Of a stretch of DNA of 64,000 nt, positions 20,261 to 29,284 are shown in pieces; position 1 is the first letter of the stretch; every line of letters begins with the position of its first letter. The position numbers were made by a program, and so were the translations under genes. Below the pieces are notes generated by a model. The model did no database searches and was not told the DNA's origin. It saw nothing but the letters and a program-made list of their open reading frames with translations. This DNA comes from Nitrosopumilus sp. (GTDB taxonomy: Archaea; Thermoproteota; Nitrososphaeria; Nitrososphaerales; Nitrosopumilaceae), in contig OZ252243.1 in the NCBI GenBank assembly GCA_965249555.1, positions 1,216,001-1,280,000 on the forward strand, read 5' to 3'.

Positions 20261-20890
20261 TTATGAATCCCTTTTCTTAATTGCCTCTTTTTTTCCATCT
20301 GGCAAACTGTCAAAAATATCATCTATAATTTTTCCTCTGGTATGAGCCCAATCAGAAATATAATTTACAATCTCAAACAACTTGGTTGCTGTGTTTACAT
20401 CATCTCTCAAATCCATTTCTAAAGGGTGTACTGCTTGTCCACCAATCACTCTGACAGAATCTAACGCTTTTATCATTCTATCCTCTAGTCCTTGCTCTGC
20501 CAATTTTTTTATTTTTTCATTCAAATCTTTACCTGTCGCTTTTTTCTCATTACATATCTTTTCAATACACAATCTCAATAATACACACGCTGACCTTGGA
20601 GAACGTGAAATTATGTCTCGCGCTTCATTGTAATCAATTTTTATTTCATCAGTCATATCTGGGTTAGGCATTGGTGCATTACCTGTTGATGGATAAATCA
20701 TATTTTCTTCTTTCCAAATTGTAATGTCTCTACATCGTCTACAATGTCCAACCATGAAGTTATTAGCATTAACAGAATTTACATACTGACCTGTTCTTAT
20801 TACATTCGTCCAAGATTGATCAGAATATGATCCACAGTTTGGACAATGAAATGCATCTAGATTTACAGCAGGTTGAGTGAATTCAGTCAT
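20261..20890 (-). CDS. DUF4145-like (HEPN superfamily) protein with an N-terminal Zn ribbon
   Basis: CPNC/CRRC; YNEAR..SPRSACVLLRLCIE; RVIGGQAVH resembles the RxxGNxAxH motif. Confidence 0.8.
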   Translation of the reverse strand: MTEFTQPAVNLDAFHCPNCGSYSDQSWTNVIRTGQYVNSVNANNFMVGHCRRCRDITIWKEENMIYPSTGNAPMPNPDMTDEIKIDYNEARDIISRSPRSACVLLRLCIEKICNEKKATGKDLNEKIKKLAEQGLEDRMIKALDSVRVIGGQAVHPLEMDLRDDVNTATKLFEIVNYISDWAHTRGKIIDDIFDSLPDGKKEAIKKRDS

Positions 20891-20907
20891 AGTTTTATGA
20901 GAAAATT

Positions 20908-21501
20908 TTAATTCATTTTGTAATTATCATTCCAATAGTATATCCAATACTTCATTACTAATTGCATGATTCCAGCAGTTTGTATGATGTTCTTTGATCT
21001 TCGTTCTATTTTATTTTCTATTTCTTTTAATGAATTAAATATGGGATTTCCTTCTACTAATATTTCTTTTTGAAATTTCTTGATTTCATCTTCTGAGGCA
21101 AAATTAGAAGAGTAACTAATAAGATTAAAATTATGAAATTTTAGTTTAAACGGTTCCCATATTTTTAGAAAATTTTCTAAATCTTTTTTCTCATCAGTAA
21201 CATCATGATTTAACGATCTAAAATATTCTGTAAATATTTGAATCTTGTTAATTTTTAAATCCACATATTTTTCAAATCCCTCTTTTATTTTTTTAATAAT
21301 GTTGTCAAACTCTGGGATTATATTTGGTAATTGTTGTTTATTATGATTAGACATTATGACTTTGCTAATTAGTTGTAGTATTTCCAATGAACCATTTGTA
21401 ATCATTATCAATGCTTCACTATCTGGTTGATTGATACTATTGTTCATTTTTGATAATCTCATTATCACTGCTGCTGTATTAAATTGATTTGGCTCACTCA
21501 T
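20908..21501 (-). CDS. Hypothetical helical protein
   Basis: 197-aa ORF co-oriented with its neighbours. Confidence 0.65.
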   Translation of the reverse strand: MSEPNQFNTAAVIMRLSKMNNSINQPDSEALIMITNGSLEILQLISKVIMSNHNKQQLPNIIPEFDNIIKKIKEGFEKYVDLKINKIQIFTEYFRSLNHDVTDEKKDLENFLKIWEPFKLKFHNFNLISYSSNFASEDEIKKFQKEILVEGNPIFNSLKEIENKIERRSKNIIQTAGIMQLVMKYWIYYWNDNYKMN

Positions 21502-21502
21502 T

Positions 21503-21649
21503 TTAGATCCTAACTCTTGGTTTATTCCAATATGGAGATTTACATTTTACATTGGCACAGTTCTTAGGAGATTCATTAACACTATACCAAATTTTCTCAC
21601 AACGATTACACTCATGCTTCCAGTAATCACCTTCTACTTTCATACTCAT
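21503..21649 (-). CDS. Small Zn-ribbon protein (48 aa; not in the ORF track)
   Basis: Manual translation MSMKVEGDYWKHECNRCEKIWYSVNESPKNCANVKCKSPYWNKPRVRI*; the stop lies 1 nt before the next start. Confidence 0.7.
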   Translation of the reverse strand: MSMKVEGDYWKHECNRCEKIWYSVNESPKNCANVKCKSPYWNKPRVRI

Positions 21650-21719
21650 AACTACCTTAAGATAATTCTATTATATAATTTCTTTTCATATATCCATTTA
21701 AGGTATAGTATTATATATG

Positions 21720-21745
21720 GGTTGAACACATAGGTTGAACACATA
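21720..21745. repeat. 13-bp tandem repeat GGTTGAACACATA x2 between a TATA-like element and the tRNA-like gene
   Basis: Direct reading. Confidence 0.85.
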
Positions 21746-21755
21746 GATATGATAT

Positions 21756-21841
21756 GGTGAGTTTATCTAGAATGGTAAGATGTCGGGCTTATGACCCGAT
21801 TGTTGTAAGAGACATCGTGGGTTCAAATCCCACACTCACCG
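21756..21841 (+). tRNA. Atypical tRNA gene, anticodon TAT, long variable arm, G73
   Basis: Acceptor GGTGAGT/ACTCACC, D stem ATCT/AGAT, anticodon stem TCGGG/CCCGA with loop CTTATGA, 17-nt variable region, T arm GTGGG-TTCAAAT-CCCAC. Confidence 0.85.
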
Positions 21842-21880
21842 CATCTTTTCATTCTATATTAATTGAGAGGTCTTAGGTTT

Positions 21881-23166
21881 TCCCATACGAAATCATCTCC
21901 AACCCTACTGAGGACACTTCCTAGTGTGCTTTGCTGAATCAGGACATCTCAGATATGCCTTGCATCTTATACTTTCGTTGTGTCAGTTCATGATTTTGTG
22001 TACGATATACTTTCAGAGTTAGCATGTACCCGGATTATTGCAAGCATCCGGTCTTGCAGCTGCCACCTTTGCCTTTTGTTTTCCTCTTCTCTTTGCAATT
22101 CTGAAATAGAATGATCCCATTCTTTCATCAAATCGTACTGTAGTTGCAGCCTCTACCATTGCGTTACGTAACCATGCAGAACCCCTCTTTGTTATTCCGC
22201 CTCCTCGGTGCACATCTGCACTGTCCCTGTGCGACGGTGCAAGTCCTGCATATGAGACTAGTTTTTCTGCTGTTGCAAATCTGCTGATGTCAACTATCTC
22301 TGAAATTATTGTCAATGCCGTGACATAGTTTATTCCAGGAATGGTCATCAGTAGTCTGGTTTTCCCATCCTCATTGCTGCAATCTTTATCTCAATTGTGT
22401 TGATCTGTTTTTGCATCATATCTATGGTATCAAGATATGCATCCATTGCCATTCTATCAGATTAATTTCATGCAACCATCGTACTCCTTTCTGCGAGAAT
22501 GTCTTTGTGGGTATAATCATATTTTGCAAGTATTGCATAAATCATGTTTTTGTGTTTTGATACATTTCGCACGCGATTCAGTCTGGTTCTTACCAGACTG
22601 TATAGATCTCTATAGTATTTTTCTGGTACGAATGAGCTGTACACCATGTCTGCTCTTAGCAAGTCTGCCAATACGTCTGAATCAAGTTTGTCGTTTTTTA
22701 GCTTTGCCTGTGCAATTATCTTGGTCTTTGCAGGATGTGTAAGAATTGTATCAATTCCATGGTCTTCTAGTGTGTCATGTAGTCTGATCCAATAGTTTGC
22801 AGTTGATTCGCATACTGCCTGTATGTCATTACCATATGTCTTTTTGATATGTTTGATAAAACCCATTATTCCATTTGTGGTATTATCAAAGCTTGTCTGC
22901 TCTAGCTTCTTTCTGGATTCCCGTTTTATTGTTGCAACACATTTCTTCTTGTGAACATCAATTCCTATGCTGATCATATTATCACCTCCTTTTTGATCAA
23001 ATTGCCTGATCTAGCGGAATGCTCCCATTCACCATCTATGTGGTATTTTGTTTTCCGCTCACTTTGAGTTAGTCTGTCAAACGCCCTTGTACATGGCAAT
23101 ATTCATTCAACTCTCAGGCCTAACAGTAGGTATACATCACAAGATATGAAAAAGATTTCGTATAAC
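21881..23166 (-). mobile_element. IS110-family element with frameshifted transposase (ORFs 22468..22977 and 22019..22348)
   Basis: GIDVHK, CEST, KNDKLDS, TIPGI, SYAGLAP-S; subterminal inverted repeat ATACGAAATC (21885-21894) / GATTTCGTAT (23154-23163). Ends are approximate. Confidence 0.8.
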
Positions 23167-23981
23167 GTCTGTCAATATCTGCAATTTCTGCTGCAATAAC
23201 TAGTGACGAGTAATCACCAATTCCTGGTATTGATTTTATTATCATGGCATCAGGACTGGTCTTTACAGCAGCATACACTCTTGAATTAATATCTTCAATT
23301 TGCAGATTAAGATGGCTTATCTGTCGTACAAATCCATCTATGCGATAGTCACCCAGGGAGGTAAGTCTTTTGTTGTATGTTACAGTGAACGTGACTCCTG
23401 GTATCTTGATTCCCTCCTGTAACAAAATTCCATGAACAGAATTTTTGAGAGATGTTCTCCACTGAACGAGTTTTTTTCTGTATCTTACCAGCTGGCGATG
23501 TTTTACTATCTTTTTGTTTGGAATATGGCATGTTGCAATGTATCCCCCGCGCAAAAGATCTGCCAGTATCCTGGCATCAATCTTGTCTGTTTTTTTTGAT
23601 GCAGCTATTGCCTTTGTAAGATACGGGTTTGAGAGTGTTACGTTTTTGTATCCTAATTCATCTGTAAGAAACCTATACGTGCCATACCAGACTGATGATG
23701 ATTCCATGACAATATTGGCATGAATTGGTATGTCTGTAAAATGTTTCCTGATTGATTCATGAGTGTTCTCAACTTTTATGTTTTGTAATATTTTTCCGTC
23801 ATTATCCATTGTTGCTACTTGAAGAAATTTCTTGTGCAAGTCAATGCCAACATACATGCTCTTGTCTTTCCCCCTAATCTGTTTCTTTGGACTTTTCTTG
23901 GAATACGATGGATTACGACTCCTGGACCTGAGTTCATTCCCTATGCTATCTGATTTCCTTCTTTTTGTATTCACATATAGC
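23167..23981 (-). mobile_element. IS110/IS1111-type element, 3'-truncated copy
   Basis: MYVGIDLHKK, MES, KTDKIDA, IPGIG; near-identical to 31677-33580; similarity stops where the neighbouring IS110 begins. Confidence 0.85.
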
Positions 23982-24012
23982 TATTGATTTGTGCGTGAAG
24001 GTTGATACATAC
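23982..24012 (-). repeat. Isolated 31-bp IS66 left end abutting the IS1111-type element
   Basis: Identical to 30696-30726 and, in reverse complement, to 31646-31676. Confidence 0.9.
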
Positions 24013-24091
24013 AATCTTTGTGCAAATTGTGGCTATCGAATTACAAGGATTGCAAACTCATAGGCACGAACAACAATGATTTTTTGATATT

Positions 24092-24670
24092 TTACTTTGA
24101 ACCTTTTTTACTGGTTTTCTTTTTTGTGGTTAGTTTATTCTTGTTAGATGAATTTTTTTTAATGCTTGTAGTTACACGTTTAGTAATAGGCTTTAATTCA
24201 TCCCAACGTTTTTTAATAAATGATTCAGATCCTTCTAATTCAATATATCCATGATGCTTGTGTTTCATTTTAATTTTGGTAGTTGGTAGTGTAGAAATCT
24301 TCTGAGTATCACTTAATTTTTTGTTGGATGTATTAGTTGTAATGTCTTCAATTTCTAGAGATTTTTGGTTTATGTTACTTTGATATGTAAAATCTCCTTT
24401 TTCTGCTTTGATCATGATAATAAATTCTTTAACAGTTGTATCCCAGAATCTTCTGACACCATCTTTTGTTTTAATTCTCTTCAGCTTTACTAATCCTTGT
24501 ATCTCTAAAGACTGAAGATGTTCATATACTTCTTCCATTGACATGTGAGTTCCTCTAGATATAGAATAAGTATCTAGGGGCTTGCCATTAGACCACAAAA
24601 ATTTTAGTATGTCAATATTTGGTGCTGAACATATGGTATAAAGTTCATTTAGCCAATTAATATCGCCCAT
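24092..24670 (-). CDS. Winged-HTH (ArsR/TrmB-like) protein with a basic C-terminal tail
   Basis: ILKFLW..PLDTYSISRGTHMSMEEVYEHLQSLEIQGLV. Confidence 0.75.
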   Translation of the reverse strand: MGDINWLNELYTICSAPNIDILKFLWSNGKPLDTYSISRGTHMSMEEVYEHLQSLEIQGLVKLKRIKTKDGVRRFWDTTVKEFIIMIKAEKGDFTYQSNINQKSLEIEDITTNTSNKKLSDTQKISTLPTTKIKMKHKHHGYIELEGSESFIKKRWDELKPITKRVTTSIKKNSSNKNKLTTKKKTSKKGSK

Positions 24671-25804
24671 CTAAATTCCCCTCCTAAGATATCTTTCCAA
24701 ATCTGGTGGCAACTTAAACTCATAATTTCTTTTTGATCCACTTCGTAGAATAGCTCCTTTATCAATTAATTCTTTTAATTGATTAAGAATGGAACCAATT
24801 GGGTAGCCTAACAATTCTGCAATAACTTTAGAGGATGATGGTCCACTTTTCAGCATATTAATTATCTTTTTTTGCATTTCGGTTAAATTTTCATAAAGTG
24901 ATTTAGATCCAGATATTACTGTGGATATTACATTATCTAAATCTATTATATCTATTTCATTAATCATTGCATTGTTAACAGCTTTGTTAGTTATTTCTAA
25001 TAATTTCCTTGGTGCTCCTCCACTAAATGAATAAAGTTCATCTATTGCATCTGGAGTAAAAGGGCTTAAACATCCATTACAATTAGTTTTTTTTGTATTT
25101 GAACATGCTCCTTGGCTTCCATTGTTTAAATCACTTTCAATACACGCAAATCGTATTCTTTTATTTATAAAATCATAAACATCTTCTTTGTTGAAACCAT
25201 CTAAGTAAATTTGATTTGAAATTCTATCTGCAAGTGGAAAGTGTTTAGCTTCCAAAAGTCTGAGAGTTTCTGGAGGTCCAGATGCAATAAGACTTACTCC
25301 ACCTATATCATGGAAAGATCTTATCCAATACAAGACATCTGTATGTCCCTCACCTAATTCATCTATCACTACTATGAATTTCATCCCTTGACCAACAAAC
25401 TTGGTAATTTCATCAGATACCATTTTGAAAATAGTTGTTACATCTAAATTTCTTGGTCTTTTTTCTGTTAAATGTTCAAGAACGTCTGCAAAGAATACCT
25501 TAATACTACTTGGAGCTTTTCTAATAAAGATAGACTTGAATTCATCTGTAGGTAATCCATTTAATACATATTCTAGGAATGTAGTTTTACCAATACCAAC
25601 GTTACCTGTTAACAAGGCACTTTGTCCTTTATCTACACATACCAGAAACTGTTTAATTTGCTCAGTATATCCTGTAAAAAGTTTCCTATTGCTCTTGATG
25701 TCCACAATATCAAAAGGATTAATTTTCCAAGCCGGATCTCTATTTTTTAGCCAATTGTTTTTTCCTTCTCTTACATCTTTTAGAAGATCCCTTACTTCAG
25801 CCAT
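24671..25804 (-). CDS. AAA+ ATPase (ExeA/Cdc6-like) with C-terminal wHTH
   Basis: Walker A GNVGIGKTT, Walker B IVVIDE, LADRI, GGAPR, a Cys-rich insert and a terminal wHTH. Confidence 0.85.
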   Translation of the reverse strand: MAEVRDLLKDVREGKNNWLKNRDPAWKINPFDIVDIKSNRKLFTGYTEQIKQFLVCVDKGQSALLTGNVGIGKTTFLEYVLNGLPTDEFKSIFIRKAPSSIKVFFADVLEHLTEKRPRNLDVTTIFKMVSDEITKFVGQGMKFIVVIDELGEGHTDVLYWIRSFHDIGGVSLIASGPPETLRLLEAKHFPLADRISNQIYLDGFNKEDVYDFINKRIRFACIESDLNNGSQGACSNTKKTNCNGCLSPFTPDAIDELYSFSGGAPRKLLEITNKAVNNAMINEIDIIDLDNVISTVISGSKSLYENLTEMQKKIINMLKSGPSSSKVIAELLGYPIGSILNQLKELIDKGAILRSGSKRNYEFKLPPDLERYLRRGI

Positions 25805-25970
25805 ACTTGTAGAACGATCTATTGGTTAATAAGAATTATTCATTTTTATTCATTACATTTATATTCTAGGTGAATATAGATTAATAAGATATGGTCACTG
25901 AAATAAAACAAAGCAAAAACATCATACAGCCTCATCACCAACTGAACAATCACATAGGAGTAATAAAGGC

Positions 25971-26570
25971 ATGAACAAAACCGTAGTTTTTGTAAACGGT
26001 AAAAAACATGAGCTGACTTCTAATCAAGTTTTAGTTGGAGAACTGATTACATTAGGAGGCGGTAAACCTGGTGAGTACGAACTTCAAAAACGTAAAGGAC
26101 AGGGAGGACCAGTAACAAAAACTTTCCAAGATCCTAATCAAGTGATTGAAGTAAAAAACGGAGATCACTTTACAACCAGATTTACTGGATCCATCAATCC
26201 AGCTGCGGAGGTAACTCCCTCCTCAGCTATTTTTGGGAAATTTCTCACAAAAAATGGAATCAAGTATGAAGTTAGAAAAATTGCAGATAAGTCAATTTAC
26301 ATTTTTGAATATAAAATTCCTAATGGAGAATATACAAATATTTCAATTACTTTAGGTCTTCCAATTTCAGAAGATTTTCCAATTACTGCACCATATGGAT
26401 TTCATATCAAAAAAGATCATAATTTTAAGGAGAACATAACAAATGTGAATTCTAGTCCATTAGGTGGAGATTGGGAGTTTTGGAGTAGAGAAGTTACAAA
26501 TTGGGATGTAAATCATCGTGGTTCTCAATACTACCTAGATAATGTAAACCGATGTTTGGAGTTGAAGTAA
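25971..26570 (+). CDS. Multi-ubiquitin-type Ubl fused to a prokaryotic E2 (family E-like)
   Basis: VFVNGK..GELITLGG..IEVKNGDHF (Ubl), then YKIPNGEY, FPITAPYGFH and WEFWSR (E2). Confidence 0.8.
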   Translation: MNKTVVFVNGKKHELTSNQVLVGELITLGGGKPGEYELQKRKGQGGPVTKTFQDPNQVIEVKNGDHFTTRFTGSINPAAEVTPSSAIFGKFLTKNGIKYEVRKIADKSIYIFEYKIPNGEYTNISITLGLPISEDFPITAPYGFHIKKDHNFKENITNVNSSPLGGDWEFWSREVTNWDVNHRGSQYYLDNVNRCLELK

Positions 26571-27959
26571 ATGGAATATAATGTAGCTATGACTGAATCT
26601 GCCAACAAAGAACTTTCTGATTTCTTATTAGATGATCTGAATGATGAAGAAATTTGTTTTGCAACTTGGTCACCATCAAACGGAAAAGATAGAATCACTA
26701 TACTACTAAATGACATTATCTATCCTGAAACTGGAGATAGAGTTCGTCATGGAAATGTTTCTGCCATGCCACAATATGTTGATCGAGTAAAAGAATTTGC
26801 TCGAAAAGAAAAGAAAGGATTAATCATGATTCATACACATCCAAGTGCTACTGGTTCTCAAGGAGTTTCAATTCCTGATTTACATTATGAACAAGATGTT
26901 TTGTCACGTGAAGTTTTTGGAATAACTAGATTGCCATTTGTTGGAATGACACTCTCAGGTGATGATGTGTGGAGTGCTAGGTGTTATCCACAACCATACA
27001 AAATCATTTGGTGTTCTGCAGTTCGAATAGTTGGCAAAAGACTAATCATCCATTATAAGTCCCAGAGTTATTCACATTCAAATGAAAAACTAGTCAGGAC
27101 AACCAGTATCTGGGGAGAGCAAAAACAAGAAGAAATTATGAGGTTAAAAGTTGGCATTATTGGGGTTGGAAGCATAGGTGCTGCGGTGGGTGAAATATTA
27201 GCCCGAATGGGAATTGGCAAAATTTTATTGATGGACTATGACCTAGTTAAGAAACATAATTTTGACAGGATGCTGTATGTCACTGATCATGATGTAAATG
27301 AAAAAAAGGCAGATATTGTTGCAAAAAACCTTAGAATATCTGCTACTAATCCTAACTTTGAATGTGTTACATACTATAGTAGTATTGTAGAAGAAGATGG
27401 TTTCAGAGAAGCATTGAACTGTGATGTATTGTTTAGTTGTGTTGATAGACCCTGGCCAAGACAAGTATTGAATCATTTATCCTATTCCTCATTGATTCCA
27501 GTAATTGATGGAGGTGTAAGTTTCTACATTCCAAATGGAAAATTTGTTCATGGAATGTTTAGAGCACAAACAGTAGGACCAGAACGTGCATGTATGGAAT
27601 GCCTTAATGCCTTTGATGCAGGTCAGGTACAACAGGATCGAGACGGTATTTTTGATGATCCTGAGTATGTAAAAAAACAGGAAACAAACACAAAAACAAG
27701 ACAAAACATCATGCCATTTGTGTTTGGACTTTCCAGTCTTGAAACTATACAGTTTGTTGAACTAACAACAAACATTGGTAACATGGGAGATCTTGGTCAG
27801 CAACCATACAACTATCATCCTGGAGATCTATCACCAATTCACAAAAAATGCATAGATGGTTGCTATTATGTAAAAAATATTGGATTAGGAGAATCATCTA
27901 GACCTTATTTGTCAAATGATTTGTCAAAACAAAGAGAATCTGGGGTTCAAAATGAATAA
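26571..27959 (+). CDS. JAB/JAMM peptidase fused to a ThiF/E1 adenylyltransferase
   Basis: EE..HTHP..SIPD; VGIIGVGSIG, DYD..HNFDR, SCVD, CMEC and C-terminal CIDGC. Confidence 0.88.
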   Translation: MEYNVAMTESANKELSDFLLDDLNDEEICFATWSPSNGKDRITILLNDIIYPETGDRVRHGNVSAMPQYVDRVKEFARKEKKGLIMIHTHPSATGSQGVSIPDLHYEQDVLSREVFGITRLPFVGMTLSGDDVWSARCYPQPYKIIWCSAVRIVGKRLIIHYKSQSYSHSNEKLVRTTSIWGEQKQEEIMRLKVGIIGVGSIGAAVGEILARMGIGKILLMDYDLVKKHNFDRMLYVTDHDVNEKKADIVAKNLRISATNPNFECVTYYSSIVEEDGFREALNCDVLFSCVDRPWPRQVLNHLSYSSLIPVIDGGVSFYIPNGKFVHGMFRAQTVGPERACMECLNAFDAGQVQQDRDGIFDDPEYVKKQETNTKTRQNIMPFVFGLSSLETIQFVELTTNIGNMGDLGQQPYNYHPGDLSPIHKKCIDGCYYVKNIGLGESSRPYLSNDLSKQRESGVQNE

Positions 27960-28360
27960 AAAACCAACAAAATTAGATGCACTATTTATTTTTACAATGA
28001 CATCTGGTTTGTTTTTAGCATGATCAATTATTAATATTTCACATAAACTTAGCAATTTCAAAATCTATCTTTGATTGGGCAAGAATTAGTTTTGTTGGAA
28101 CCGTTCTAGTTTCATTTTTCATCTTAGGTCTTACTATGTATTTTAAAGAAATACCGTATTTTTCCTTGGAAATTTTATCTGGAATGATTCTATTTTTGGT
28201 CGGTCAAAAAGCCATTATTTCTAAAGATGCCAAACTCATGAAACAATGGGATTACTCACATTTAGCCATGATCATAGGTATATCCATATTCATTCTAGCA
28301 TTGATAACATTCTCATCGTTTGGTCTAATCACGCAACCTGAGATTATTTATCATAGATAA
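27952..28360 (+). pseudogene. Degraded small membrane protein downstream of the E1 gene
   Basis: ATG overlaps the end of the E1 gene (MNKKPTKLDALFIFTMTSGLFLA*); hydrophobic fragments continue into ORF 28136..28360. Confidence 0.45.
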
Positions 28361-29284
28361 TGTATAGTATAGTATGACTGATGACATGAAAGCTAAGATT
28401 GATAAGATCTTAAAAGAATCATTGCCTGACGAATCACTTTTCGTGACTGTTAACAATGACTACGAATGCAAAAAATGCAACTAATAACGTTCAGTTTTAT
28501 TCTAAATCAATTGTAAATTAACTTCAAAACTGAAGAGCTTGAACGAATTTGACAAGTCATCTCGAGAGAATTAATGTTCAAACCTTGGCAGATTTGTTAT
28601 TTGGAAATCCAAAAATGGTCTGAGCCTCTAAGAATTAAAATTGCAGTAAAGATCTAAATAGATCGCGATCTAACCCAAAAAGATCCTGCAACACACAGAA
28701 GGGCCATCTATTGGAAATACCTTTGATAATAGGTATGTTGATTGGCAAGAAGAAGGAAGCCATATCCAAAAAATCATACGTCAATACAATTGGGAATATA
28801 GGAAAAAAATTTGTTTTAAATGTCCAATTGAAAAACAACAAAAATTAAACTGTATCAAAATTAACAATTTTAAAAATGGCATTCAAGAAACATATTGTTC
28901 CAAAATGACCAAATCTAGAAGTAAAAAATTTAAAAAAATAATTTTAAAATATATGGATTTTCATCCATCAAATTCTAGAGTTTAATATTTTGTTTAGTGC
29001 AGGTTGTGTTGGAACAAATTTTGAATAATATTCCTCTGACGAAGTTTTTTGATGTATAATTAATGAATATTCCACAAGAAGATTGATAGATTTTGCTCTT
29101 GCTTCATCATCTGTTAGAGTATCTGTTTCTTCAAAATATCCAGTTGCTGGATTAAATACATAAGTTATTCTTACTTTCGGTTTTTTAATAATTTTATTTT
29201 TATTTGTTCCTGAAAATCTTGGATATTGTAAAGAGGCAGTATGTACTCCATAAAAAAATACAGAGGATATTAAAGAAAATTTAT

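Noticed and set aside
24671-25804. TnsC of a Tn7/Mu-like element or Cdc6 replication initiator
   Set aside because: No TnsB/TniQ or origin repeats are adjacent; kept as an unassigned AAA+-wHTH.
28670-28984. Cys-containing open frame (..YNWEYRKKICFKCP..)
   Set aside because: No start codon and an upstream stop; probably a remnant, not identifiable.
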